From contig JAXLSP010000006.1 in the NCBI GenBank assembly GCA_046330515.1, positions 55,068 to 119,067 of the forward strand: a stretch of 64,000 nt of DNA, read 5' to 3'. Positions 29,134 to 40,481 of the stretch are shown here, in pieces (positions within the stretch are counted from its first letter, which is position 1; each line of letters opens with the position of its first letter). Source of the DNA: Nocardioidaceae bacterium. GTDB taxonomy: Bacteria > Actinomycetota > Actinomycetes > Propionibacteriales > Nocardioidaceae. The position numbers and the translations under genes were made by a program. A model generated the notes under the pieces. The model was not told where the DNA came from. It made no database searches and saw nothing but the letters and a program-made list of their open reading frames with translations.

Positions 29134-29774
29134 CCGACCCCGCTGGCGACCGCCTCCTGGAGTTCCTCCAGGTGATGCGGCGCCTGCGGGTCGAGTGCGG
29201 GTGGAAGTCCGCGCAGACCCATCGGTCCCTCGTGCGCTACCTCCTCGAGGAGGCCCACGAGACCGCCGAGGCGATCGAGTCCGGCGATCCGGCGCACCTG
29301 CGCGAGGAGCTCGGCGACCTGCTGCTCCAGATCTGGTTCCACGCGGTCATCGCCGAGGAGGCCGGTGAGTTCACCCTCGACGACGTGGCGGCCGAGATCA
29401 TCGCCAAGATGCACCGCCGCAACCCGCACGTGTTCGGCGCGGACGCCTCCGGTGACACCCTCGACCCCGCGACCATCAACGAGGTCTGGGAGTCCATCAA
29501 GGCGACGGAGAAGGAGCGGACGTCGCCGACCGATGGGCTGCCGACCTCGCTCCCGGCGCTGCTCTATGCCGACAAGGTGCTCGACCGGCTGAGCCGCGAG
29601 CGCGGCGAACCCGTCGGGGCGCCCCGACCCGGGACTCCTCCCGGCTCGGAGCGGACCCCTCCCACCCCGGCGGAGGTCGGGGACCGGCTGCTCGGCGTGG
29701 TCGCCGAGGCGCGGGAGGCGGGGGTGGACCCCGAGCAGGCGCTCCGCGACGCCGTACGACGCCTCCTCGGCTGA
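29130..29774 (+). CDS. mazG: MazG nucleoside triphosphate pyrophosphohydrolase
   Basis: GTGA overlap with the previous stop. Motif EEAHETAEAIESGD...ELGDLLLQIWFHA...RRNPHVF. Confidence 0.85.
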   Translation: MTDPAGDRLLEFLQVMRRLRVECGWKSAQTHRSLVRYLLEEAHETAEAIESGDPAHLREELGDLLLQIWFHAVIAEEAGEFTLDDVAAEIIAKMHRRNPHVFGADASGDTLDPATINEVWESIKATEKERTSPTDGLPTSLPALLYADKVLDRLSRERGEPVGAPRPGTPPGSERTPPTPAEVGDRLLGVVAEAREAGVDPEQALRDAVRRLLG

Positions 29775-29779
29775 TTCCC

Positions 29780-31565
29780 TATTGGGGATCGGGCGTCAAG
29801 TGGCGGTTGTTTGACGTCGCCGATGCCGGTTGTCAGGATCGTTGGTGGGGAAGGTCGCCTCGTGTTGCCGACGCCGTTGGGTGTCTGGCTTTGCATGCCC
29901 CGCTGGGGCTTGGTGAGGGGCCTTCCCCGCCTTCTTGCTGCGGCGGCGCGAGCGGACCTCGGGCGGCACGGTCCACTGCTGGGCGATGATCCGTTTTGCC
30001 TGCTCTGGGGTCACCGGGGTGCCGTCGGTGTCGCAGATGACGTAGGGCATGCCGCGGCGCATGACGGCCCAGAAGCGTTCGGCGAGGTGGCCGGCAACGA
30101 CGCAGTTGGCCTTGAGGTGGTCCGCGCCGCGTTCGACCATCTGCTGGTAGTAGACCCGCGCCAACTGGGGGTCGTGTTTGCGGGCGTGATCGGCGGCCCG
30201 GATCAAGGTGACGCGCAGCAGGCTCGACCCGGCCTTGCTCATCGGCTGGCCCTTGCGGTCGGTCTCTCCGGTCTCACTCGCCCTGGGGGCAAGCCCGGCG
30301 AAGGACTTGAAGTGCCTGCCGCTGGGGAACCGCCGCGGGTCCCCGATCGCTGCGGCCAACACGGGACCGCTGACGTCGGCGACACCGGGCAGGGTGCGGG
30401 CGAGCTGTCCGACGTCGACCCATCGGTAGGCCTCCTCGCGGGCGGCCGCGTGCTGGACGAGCTGGGCCTGAACCGCGCGCAGCAGGGCGACCTCGGTGAC
30501 GATCTCGGCGGCCAGGTCGGACCATGCGATCGCGGGATGGTCGCCGTAGAGCTCGACCGCGGCAGCCGCAGCTTCGCGCCACTGCTCGGCACGAGCGGCG
30601 CCCAGGTGGTTGTGGGACGCCTTCACGATGACCGCCGTCAACCGGGCCCGCCCGGCCCTGAGCAGTGCGCGTGGGTCGGCCCACCGTTCCAAGACCGCCA
30701 GATCGGCTGCGCCCAAGTCGCCGGTCAGCGGCGTCATCGGCATCAGCTGCCGGACCAGGTCCTTGATCCGGACCTTGTGCTCGGACGCGAGCCGGGTGAG
30801 CCGGTCGACGGCACGGACCCGTCGGTCCAGCGCAGCAACCTCGACATCAGGCAGCTGCAGCGGGCGCACCGAGTCCGGCGCGACCAGCGGAAGCCGGGCC
30901 AGAGTGTCGGCGTCGATGCCGTTGCTCTTCGCGTGCCGGGACAAGAACCGGCGCAGGTCCGCGGCCTTGGCCGAGGACACCCGGAACACCAGATGGCCCC
31001 GAGCGGTGAAGAACACCGCGATCGGCAGCCAGGCCGGCCCGGTCGGCTCGAAGACCACCTCCAACCGCGTGCCCGGATCCGCGCCGGCCAACGCCGCCTG
31101 CTCGATCAGCGTCAGGCTCTCCACCGTCGGGCGGCATCGTCGTCGACACACCTCGCGCCCGTCCTCGGCCAGCACCCGCACCGTGTGGTCGCTGGCGATA
31201 CCCAGGTCGATCCCGACCAGCCTCCTGGACCCCATTGCTCACCTTCTTGTCGTGTCCTCGATATCGACTCCGACAGGTCCGCCGAGCGGGCTACCTCACG
31301 GCCACGGTCCCAAGAGCGGGCGAGCGATCTGACGACGGCTCCCACTCATGCGCTGAAACCGGACCCGACCTCGCTGGGCCGGTCCACTTCCCTCATCCGG
31401 GGCATCCGTGGCCAGACCAGCGATGGCAATCAGCCGAACGGGGCCACCGACCCGCAGGCCGACACCCCAGAGCCCGTCTCGACGCCACTCACCGGACCAG
31501 CCGGGACACTCACCATCCCGGGACCCGCGACGGTGATCAACCGCCGGAGCTCCTTACATGAGCTC
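29780..31565 (-). mobile_element. IS110-family insertion sequence (boundaries approximate)
   Basis: Transposase gene plus ~330 nt of upstream non-coding DNA, wedged between the convergent 3' ends of mazG and the 31575..33032 gene. Flanks are locally lower in GC. Confidence 0.55.
29796..31235 (-). CDS. IS110-family transposase (DEDD recombinase)
   Basis: N-terminus VGIDLGIASDHTVRV (DEDD_Tnp_IS110-like). C-terminal Transposase_20-like LRAVQAQL...LARTLPGVADVSGPVLAAAIGDPRRFPSGRHFKSFAGLAP. Confidence 0.9.
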   Translation of the reverse strand: MGSRRLVGIDLGIASDHTVRVLAEDGREVCRRRCRPTVESLTLIEQAALAGADPGTRLEVVFEPTGPAWLPIAVFFTARGHLVFRVSSAKAADLRRFLSRHAKSNGIDADTLARLPLVAPDSVRPLQLPDVEVAALDRRVRAVDRLTRLASEHKVRIKDLVRQLMPMTPLTGDLGAADLAVLERWADPRALLRAGRARLTAVIVKASHNHLGAARAEQWREAAAAAVELYGDHPAIAWSDLAAEIVTEVALLRAVQAQLVQHAAAREEAYRWVDVGQLARTLPGVADVSGPVLAAAIGDPRRFPSGRHFKSFAGLAPRASETGETDRKGQPMSKAGSSLLRVTLIRAADHARKHDPQLARVYYQQMVERGADHLKANCVVAGHLAERFWAVMRRGMPYVICDTDGTPVTPEQAKRIIAQQWTVPPEVRSRRRSKKAGKAPHQAPAGHAKPDTQRRRQHEATFPTNDPDNRHRRRQTTAT

Positions 31566-31574
31566 GCGCGCCTG

Positions 31575-34474
<2,900 letters not shown>

Positions 34475-34493
34475 TCCTTGTCATGATGGGGCG

Positions 34494-35069
34494 GTGACCC
34501 GTCCCCGCCGACCGCACTCCGGGCCGGGCCGCAGCAGGCGGCCCGGCGACCGGGGCGGCCAGCGCCCGGTCGCGCAGCCGACGGCGGCCGTGTCGGGCGA
34601 CGGCGCACGCCCGCGCTCGCGGGTGACCGGACGCGCGGTCATCCTCGGGCTCGTGCTCGCCGTGCTGACGATCTCCTATGCCTCGTCCATGCGCGCCTAC
34701 CTGCAGCAGCGCTCGCACATCACCGACCTCAAGGCGCAGATCGCCGCCAAGGAGTCGAGCATCGCCGACCTGGAGCGCGAGAAGGCCCGCTGGGACGACC
34801 CGGCGTTCGTGCGCGAGCAGGCGCGCAAGCGCTTCGGCTACATGGAGCCCGGCGAGACGGCCTGGGTCGTCGTCGGGGCCGACGGCAAGCCCCTCGACGA
34901 CGGCGCCGGACTGAGCGACCCCGCGGACATCGCGCCCCAGGAGCCCACGGCCTGGTGGGACAAGGCCTGGGGCTCGGTCGAGCTGGCCGGTCACCCGCCG
35001 CCGGTCGAGGACCCGCCGGCCACCCGGATCCGCCAGCCCGCCGACAAGATCACCTCGGGGTCGCGGTGA
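34494..35069 (+). CDS. Septum formation initiator (FtsB/DivIC-like)
   Basis: Single TM then a coiled coil: LQQRSHITDLKAQIAAKESSIADLEREKARWDDPAFVREQARKRFGY. Start is approximate. Confidence 0.7.
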   Translation: MTRPRRPHSGPGRSRRPGDRGGQRPVAQPTAAVSGDGARPRSRVTGRAVILGLVLAVLTISYASSMRAYLQQRSHITDLKAQIAAKESSIADLEREKARWDDPAFVREQARKRFGYMEPGETAWVVVGADGKPLDDGAGLSDPADIAPQEPTAWWDKAWGSVELAGHPPPVEDPPATRIRQPADKITSGSR

Positions 35070-35545
35070 TCGAGGAGGCCGACGAGGCGGCGGTCGCCGC
35101 GCAGCTCGGTCGGTCGCCGCGGGCGATCCACGATGTGGGCCACCGGTGCCCCTGCGGTCGACCGGACGTGGTCGTCACCGAGCCACGGCTGCCCGACGGC
35201 ACGCCGTTCCCCACGACGTTCTATCTCACCTGCCCGCGCGCCGCCTCGCGCATCGGCAGCCTCGAGGGGTCCGGGCTGATGCGCGAGATGCAGGACCGCC
35301 TGGGCGAGGACGCCGAGCTGGCCAGCGCCTACGCCGCGGCGCACGACGCCTACCTCGCCGCCCGCGCGGCGCTGGGCGAGGTCCCCGAGATCGAGGGCAT
35401 CTCGGCCGGGGGGATGCCCGACCGGGTCAAGTGCCTCCACGTGCTCGCGGGCCAGGCGCTGGCCCAGGGACGCGGCGTCAACCCGCTCGGCGACGAGGTG
35501 CTCGACCTCCTGGGCGCGTGGTGGGCCGACGGGCCGTGCGTGTGA
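35066..35545 (+). CDS. DUF501 domain protein
   Basis: GTGA overlap. CPCGRPDVVVTEPRLPDGTPFPTTFYLTCP motif. Position matches Rv1025-type synteny. Confidence 0.75.
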   Translation: MIEEADEAAVAAQLGRSPRAIHDVGHRCPCGRPDVVVTEPRLPDGTPFPTTFYLTCPRAASRIGSLEGSGLMREMQDRLGEDAELASAYAAAHDAYLAARAALGEVPEIEGISAGGMPDRVKCLHVLAGQALAQGRGVNPLGDEVLDLLGAWWADGPCV

Positions 35546-36483
35546 CCGGCGCCGCGGGCGAAGGCCGGGAGCGGCCCGTGATCGCCGCGGTCGACTGCGG
35601 GACCAACACCATCAAGCTGCTCATCGGCCGGTTGCCCGAGGTGTTCGTCCGCGAGTCGCGGACGGTCCGGCTGGGCCAGGGCGTCGACCGCTCCGGCCGG
35701 CTCGCGGACGAGGCCCTCGACCGGGCGTTCGCGGCCATCGACGACTATGCCGAGCTGGTGGCGGCCCACCCGGTGGAGCGGATCCGGTTCTGCGCCACCT
35801 CGGCGACCCGCGACGCCTCCAACGCCGCGGTGTTCGCCGCCGGGGTCCGTGCGCGACTGGGCGTCGACCCCGAGGTCGTCTCGGGCGACGAGGAGGCGCG
35901 GCTGACCTTCGACGGCGCGGTCCGCAACCTGCGCGAGGACCCGGCCGAGCCCGTCCTGGTCGTCGACATCGGCGGCGGCTCCACCGAGCTCGTGCTCGGC
36001 AGGAGGGCCGACGACCGCACCCTCGTCGAGGCGGCGGTGTCGCTCGACATCGGCTCGGTGCGCCTCTTCGAGCGCCACCTCCACTCGGACCCGCCCTCCC
36101 CGGATGAGCTGCGGGCGTGCGTCGCCGACGTCGACGCCGCCCTCGACACGACCGAGGTCCCGCTCGCCGCGGCACGCACCGTGGTCGGCGTGGCCGGCTC
36201 GATCATCACCGTGGGCGCCGGGGTCCTCGACCTCCCCGCCTATGACCCCCGGCGGACCGACCAGGCGGTCGTCGCCGTCGACGAGGTGCACGCCTATGTC
36301 GAGCGGCTCGGCCGGATGACGCACGCCGAGCGCCTCGCCCTTCCCTACATGCACCCCGGCCGTGCCGACGTCATCGTCGCCGGCGCCCTGATCCTCGACC
36401 GGGTGCTCCGCCGGACGACCCTGGCGTCGATGACCGTGTCCGAGGCCGACATCCTCGACGGCATCGCCTGGTCGATCGCATGA
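35542..36483 (+). CDS. ppx: Ppx/GppA family exopolyphosphatase
   Basis: GTGA overlap. IAAVDCGTNTIKLLIG and VVDIGGGSTELV ASKHA-fold motifs. Confidence 0.85.
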   Translation: MTGAAGEGRERPVIAAVDCGTNTIKLLIGRLPEVFVRESRTVRLGQGVDRSGRLADEALDRAFAAIDDYAELVAAHPVERIRFCATSATRDASNAAVFAAGVRARLGVDPEVVSGDEEARLTFDGAVRNLREDPAEPVLVVDIGGGSTELVLGRRADDRTLVEAAVSLDIGSVRLFERHLHSDPPSPDELRACVADVDAALDTTEVPLAAARTVVGVAGSIITVGAGVLDLPAYDPRRTDQAVVAVDEVHAYVERLGRMTHAERLALPYMHPGRADVIVAGALILDRVLRRTTLASMTVSEADILDGIAWSIA

Positions 36484-36494
36484 GACGCGGTGCC

Positions 36495-36561
36495 GGGATA
36501 GTCCGCTACGTAAAGCACCTCGGCGGCCCCGATCGAGGTGCTTTACGTAGCGGACTATCCC
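36495..36561. terminator. 28-bp perfect inverted repeat (hairpin) between ppx and udg
   Basis: GGGATAGTCCGCTACGTAAAGCACCTCG - 11 nt - CGAGGTGCTTTACGTAGCGGACTATCCC, read directly. The stem is conspicuously less GC-rich than its surroundings. Confidence 0.6.
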
Positions 36562-36580
36562 GCCGAGGGGGGAGGCGAGC

Positions 36581-37399
36581 GTGCTCCCGCACCCGCTGAC
36601 GGGGCAGGAGTTCGGGAGCCCGGTGGCGCCGGGGACGGGGTGGCCGGACGACCCGGCGGCTCCGGGAACGCCCGTCGCCGCGACCGCGGCCGCCGTACGT
36701 CGCCTGGCGCGCACGGCCGACCTGGCCGAGCTCGACGCCCGCGTCTCGGTGTGCCGCGCCTGTCCGCGCCTCGTGCGGTGGCGCGAGGACGTGGCGGTGG
36801 CCAAGCGTGCGTCCTTCGCCGACCAGCCCTACTGGGGCCGCCCGATCTCCGGGTGGGGCGACGACGCGCCGCGGGTGCTCATCGTGGGCCTGGCGCCGGC
36901 CGCCAACGGCGGCAACCGGACCGGGCGGGTCTTCACCGGTGACTCCTCGGGCGACTGGCTCTTCGCCAGCCTGCACCGCGTCGGCCTCGCCACCCTGCCC
37001 ACCAGCGTGCACGCGGGGGACGGGCAGGCCCTGCTGGGAGCCCGGATGGTCGCCACGGTGCGCTGCGCCCCGCCGGAGAACAAGCCGACCCCGGAGGAGC
37101 GCGACACCTGCGCGCCGTGGCTGCTGCGGGAGATCGAGCTCGTCGCCCCGACCCTTCGGGCCGTCGTGGCGCTCGGCGCCTACGGCTGGGACGCCGCGCT
37201 GCGCGCCTTCGCCGCCGTGGGGTTCGCGGTCCCGCGGCCCAAGGCCCGGTTCGGCCACGGCGCCGAGGTCGCCCTCGTCCGGGAGGGTGCCGAGGTGAGC
37301 CTCCTGGGCTGCTACCACCCCAGCCAGCACAACACGTTCACCGGCCGGCTCACGCCGGCGATGCTCGACGACGTGCTCGGCCGGGCCGCGGCCCACTGA
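36581..37399 (+). CDS. Uracil-DNA glycosylase superfamily protein (family 5/UdgB-like)
   Basis: [30 protein letters not shown] and CYHPSQHN motifs. GTG start after GGGGGAGG. Confidence 0.85.
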   Translation: MLPHPLTGQEFGSPVAPGTGWPDDPAAPGTPVAATAAAVRRLARTADLAELDARVSVCRACPRLVRWREDVAVAKRASFADQPYWGRPISGWGDDAPRVLIVGLAPAANGGNRTGRVFTGDSSGDWLFASLHRVGLATLPTSVHAGDGQALLGARMVATVRCAPPENKPTPEERDTCAPWLLREIELVAPTLRAVVALGAYGWDAALRAFAAVGFAVPRPKARFGHGAEVALVREGAEVSLLGCYHPSQHNTFTGRLTPAMLDDVLGRAAAH

Positions 37400-37429
37400 G
37401 GGCGCGACCCGACCGGGCCGGGAGGTCGG

Positions 37430-38029
37430 TCAGCGGTTCCCGGGACGCGACGCCTTCACGACCGGCTGGATCGCGCCGTTGATCTCGGCGTTCGTGGGCG
37501 GCTTGCCGACTCCGTTGAAGGGCACGAACTCGACCTGGAGGGTCGTCTCGTCGAAGATCGTCGTGGTCTCGCCCGGGTCTGCCATGAACTTGACGACGTG
37601 CGGACCGGCCTTGACGGGGATGGACACGTTGGTGTCGCAGTTCTCCTCCTGATTGGTGCCCGGGTCCAGCTCGATCGAGCGCTCGGTCCCGAACACGTAG
37701 GCGGGGCCGAGGTTGATGCTGCAGTTGGCGAACGTCGCGCTCGACGAGTCGAAGACGTCGGACGACGCGACGGTCACCAGATAGCCCTTGGTCGGTGCGA
37801 CGATCTTGACCTTCAGCGCGACGGTCTGGCCGGTCACGCCGGAGACGGCGTCGTCGTCCACCTGGGCCGAGGCGACGCGGACCAGGAGGTCGTTGGGCCC
37901 GAGGGTCTTGTCCTTGATGTCTCCACCGGTGATCTGTCCGGCGGCATAGCTGGTGCCGCCGACGGCTGCGAGGGCGAGCGCGCAGCCGGCGACGGTGAGC
38001 ACGGTCTTGCGCGAGGAGGAACGGGTCAT
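37430..38029 (-). CDS. Secreted hypothetical protein (~199 aa)
   Basis: Inner ATG at 38029 with GGAG upstream. Signal peptide ends SYAAGQ. Distant paralog of 42915..43496. Confidence 0.55.
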   Translation of the reverse strand: MTRSSSRKTVLTVAGCALALAAVGGTSYAAGQITGGDIKDKTLGPNDLLVRVASAQVDDDAVSGVTGQTVALKVKIVAPTKGYLVTVASSDVFDSSSATFANCSINLGPAYVFGTERSIELDPGTNQEENCDTNVSIPVKAGPHVVKFMADPGETTTIFDETTLQVEFVPFNGVGKPPTNAEINGAIQPVVKASRPGNR

Positions 38030-38218
38030 CTGCACTCCAGGGGTGAGCCGGGTCTCGGGTGCCCGGACACTTGGCAAGGTAAGGCTCGGCTTCCCCGAGC
38101 ACAATGGCCCGATCCGGTCTGGACGCGGCCGCGCCGGCCATCCGGGCGTCTCCCGCGAGACGTCATACGATGCGGTGGTCCGGGTGACCAGGTCGTACGA
38201 CGTCCCGCGGTGACCGAC

Positions 38219-38292
38219 GCCCCCGTATCCCAACCGGCAGAGGAAGTCGCCTTAAAAGCGACTGAGTGTGGGTTCGACCCCCACCGGGGGCA
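38219..38292 (+). tRNA. 74-nt class I tRNA with anticodon UAA (Leu by anticodon; architecture atypical for tRNA-Leu)
   Basis: Manual fold: GCCCCCG-TA-TCCC-AACCGGCAG-AGGA-A-GTCGC-CTTAAAA-GCGAC-TGAGT-GTGGG-TTCGACC-CCCAC-CGGGGGC-A. U8, A14, G18G19, A21, U33, T54-T55-C56 and G53:C61 are present. CCA is not encoded. Confidence 0.75.
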
Positions 38293-38449
38293 CCTCGCAC
38301 CTCCGCGTCCAGCCGAGCCCGCGCGACGCCCGTCCGGGAACACCGCCCCGCGGTCGCTCGTTGTGGAAGGTGAGCCTCGGTAGGATCTGAGGCTCAGACG
38401 CGTTCCCAGGGTGGGAACCGTCCCAGGCCTCCGAGGAGGGAGACCAGCC

Positions 38450-39322
38450 ATGCGCAGCAACAACCCGGTGTTCAACCGGTCGCCGCAGTTCAACGGTCAG
38501 TACACCGACACCCAGGTCCACCCGGGCTCCGGTGCGACCTACCCGGGGTACGGCGCTCCGCAGCAGGGCTACAGCGACCCCTCCACCTGGAGCGTCGGCA
38601 GCCCCTCGACGGTGGCGAGTGCCCCCATGACCATCGACTCGGTGGTCCAGAAGTCCGCGATGACCCTGGGTCTCGTGATGGTGATGGCCGCAGTCACCTG
38701 GTGGTGGATCGGTGACATCACCTACGGCGAGGGCATCGCCAACCAGAAGAACCTCGGCCAGCTCGGGATGGCGGCGCTCGTCGGTTCGGGCGGCGCGTTC
38801 GTCCTGTCCCTCGTCAACTCCTTCAAGCGCGTGGTGAGCGCCCCGCTGGTGCTCGCGTTCGCGGCCCTCGAGGGCGTGGCCCTGGGCGCCATCAGCAAGC
38901 TGTTCGACGCCCAGTTCGGTGGCGGCATCGTCACCACGGCCGTCCTCGGCACCTTCGCCGCGTGCGCCGGCACCCTGGCCGCCTACCGCTTCTTCGACAT
39001 CAAGGTCGGCAACAAGTTCCGGATGATGGTGATGGCCGCGGTCTTCGGCATGGTGGGCCTCAGCCTGCTGAGCCTGGTGCTCAGCCTGTTCGGCATCGAG
39101 ACCGGCCTCTTCGGCTTCGGCGGCCTCGGCCTGCTGACCGCCGTCGCCGGCCTGGTGCTCGGTGTCTTCATGCTGGTGCTCGACTTCGACTTCGTCGAGC
39201 GCGGCATCGCCGCACGGCTGCCGGAGCAGGAGTCCTGGCGGGCCGCGTTCGCGCTGACCGTCAGCCTGGTCTGGATCTACACCAACCTGCTGCGCCTGCT
39301 GGCGATCCTGCAGCGCGACTGA
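38450..39322 (+). CDS. Bax inhibitor-1/YccA family membrane protein
   Basis: ATG at 38450 after GAGGAGGG. Unstructured N-terminal tail followed by 7 TM segments. Confidence 0.8.
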   Translation: MRSNNPVFNRSPQFNGQYTDTQVHPGSGATYPGYGAPQQGYSDPSTWSVGSPSTVASAPMTIDSVVQKSAMTLGLVMVMAAVTWWWIGDITYGEGIANQKNLGQLGMAALVGSGGAFVLSLVNSFKRVVSAPLVLAFAALEGVALGAISKLFDAQFGGGIVTTAVLGTFAACAGTLAAYRFFDIKVGNKFRMMVMAAVFGMVGLSLLSLVLSLFGIETGLFGFGGLGLLTAVAGLVLGVFMLVLDFDFVERGIAARLPEQESWRAAFALTVSLVWIYTNLLRLLAILQRD

Positions 39323-39393
39323 CCCTCGACCTGGAGCCCTCGGAGACCTCGCGCTCCGGGGGCTCCGTCATGCCCGGACGTGATGCGCGGCCC

Positions 39394-40428
39394 TCAGGCC
39401 TGGGCGGTCAGGTCCACCGCGGCGTCCGGGTCGCTCTCGGGGCTCTCCACGTCGCCCTGCGGGCTGCTCGAACGGCGCCGCAGCTGCACCCAGCGGCCCC
39501 GGAGCCCACGCTGCGCGCCGGCCACCTCGGTGCCGTCCAGCTCGGTGCCCGGCAGCCGGGCCGCCTCGACGGCGGCGGCGGCCACGGGCAGCACGACGTC
39601 GCCGCGACGGATCGCGAGCGCATCGGTCTCGGCCGGCAGCATGTCGAGCGCCGCGAGCACCGAGGGCAGCAGCACGGACGCGAGCTGGTGGTAGCCGTCG
39701 GCCGACGGGTGGAACTGGTCGGGCCCGAACAGCAGGGCCGGGGCGGCGGCGAACTCGGGGCCCAGGATCGAGCCGAGCGAGACGCTCCGCCCGCCGGCCT
39801 CGACGACCGCGATCGCCTGGGCCGCGGCCAGCCGGCGCGACCAGGACCGCGCGACCTGCTTGAGCGGTGGGGCGATCGGCTTGATGGTCCCCAGATCGGG
39901 GCAGGTGCCGACCACCACCGCCACACCGGCCTCGCGGAGGCGGCGTACGCCCTCACCCAGCCGCTGCACCGACTGCGAGGGCAGCACCGTGTGGGTCACG
40001 TCGTTGGCGCCGATGAGGACCACCGCGACGTCGGGGTCGGTCGGCAGCGCCCGGTCGATCTGTGCGTCGAGGTCGGAGGTCTGGGCCCCGATGACGCCGA
40101 ACGAGCGGAGATAGACACGCCGGTCCCCGTTGGTGGCCACGCCGGAGGCGAGCAGCGCACCCGGGGTCGCCTCGACGCGGTCGACGCCATAGCCGGCGGC
40201 GCTGGAGTCCCCGAGCAGCGCGATCTTGACGCCGGGACCGGGGCGGCCGCGGCCATACCAGCCGGTGGCGTCGGGCGGCCGTCGCCCGCCCGGCTCGCCG
40301 ATCGTGCGGCGGGCCAGCTTGGCCTCGGCGCGGAGCAGGCCATAGAGCGCGCCGCCGAGCAGCGAGACGCCGCCACCGCCGTAGGCCGCGGCGGAGGCCA
40401 GCCTGCGGGCGGCGGAGGCCTTGCTCAT
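39394..40428 (-). CDS. SGNH/GDSL hydrolase family protein
   Basis: Block I IALLGDSSAAGYG, block III-like GANDVTH, block V-like region, N-terminal TM. Confidence 0.8.
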   Translation of the reverse strand: MSKASAARRLASAAAYGGGGVSLLGGALYGLLRAEAKLARRTIGEPGGRRPPDATGWYGRGRPGPGVKIALLGDSSAAGYGVDRVEATPGALLASGVATNGDRRVYLRSFGVIGAQTSDLDAQIDRALPTDPDVAVVLIGANDVTHTVLPSQSVQRLGEGVRRLREAGVAVVVGTCPDLGTIKPIAPPLKQVARSWSRRLAAAQAIAVVEAGGRSVSLGSILGPEFAAAPALLFGPDQFHPSADGYHQLASVLLPSVLAALDMLPAETDALAIRRGDVVLPVAAAAVEAARLPGTELDGTEVAGAQRGLRGRWVQLRRRSSSPQGDVESPESDPDAAVDLTAQA

Positions 40429-40481
40429 GTCGACACTCTACGGATGCGGCCAGCATCGGTCGCACGCGTTAGGTTGACCCG

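Noticed and set aside
38219-38292. The tRNA as the attachment site of an integrated element or genomic island
   Set aside because: No integrase or recombinase gene is adjacent. I could not find a direct repeat of the tRNA 3' half elsewhere in the window. The flanking genes look like ordinary chromosomal genes.
39323-39393. GGAGCCC...GGGCTCC inverted repeat between the convergent BI-1 and SGNH genes as a notable element
   Set aside because: A 7-bp stem with a 19-nt loop is weak. It is at most an ordinary bidirectional terminator.
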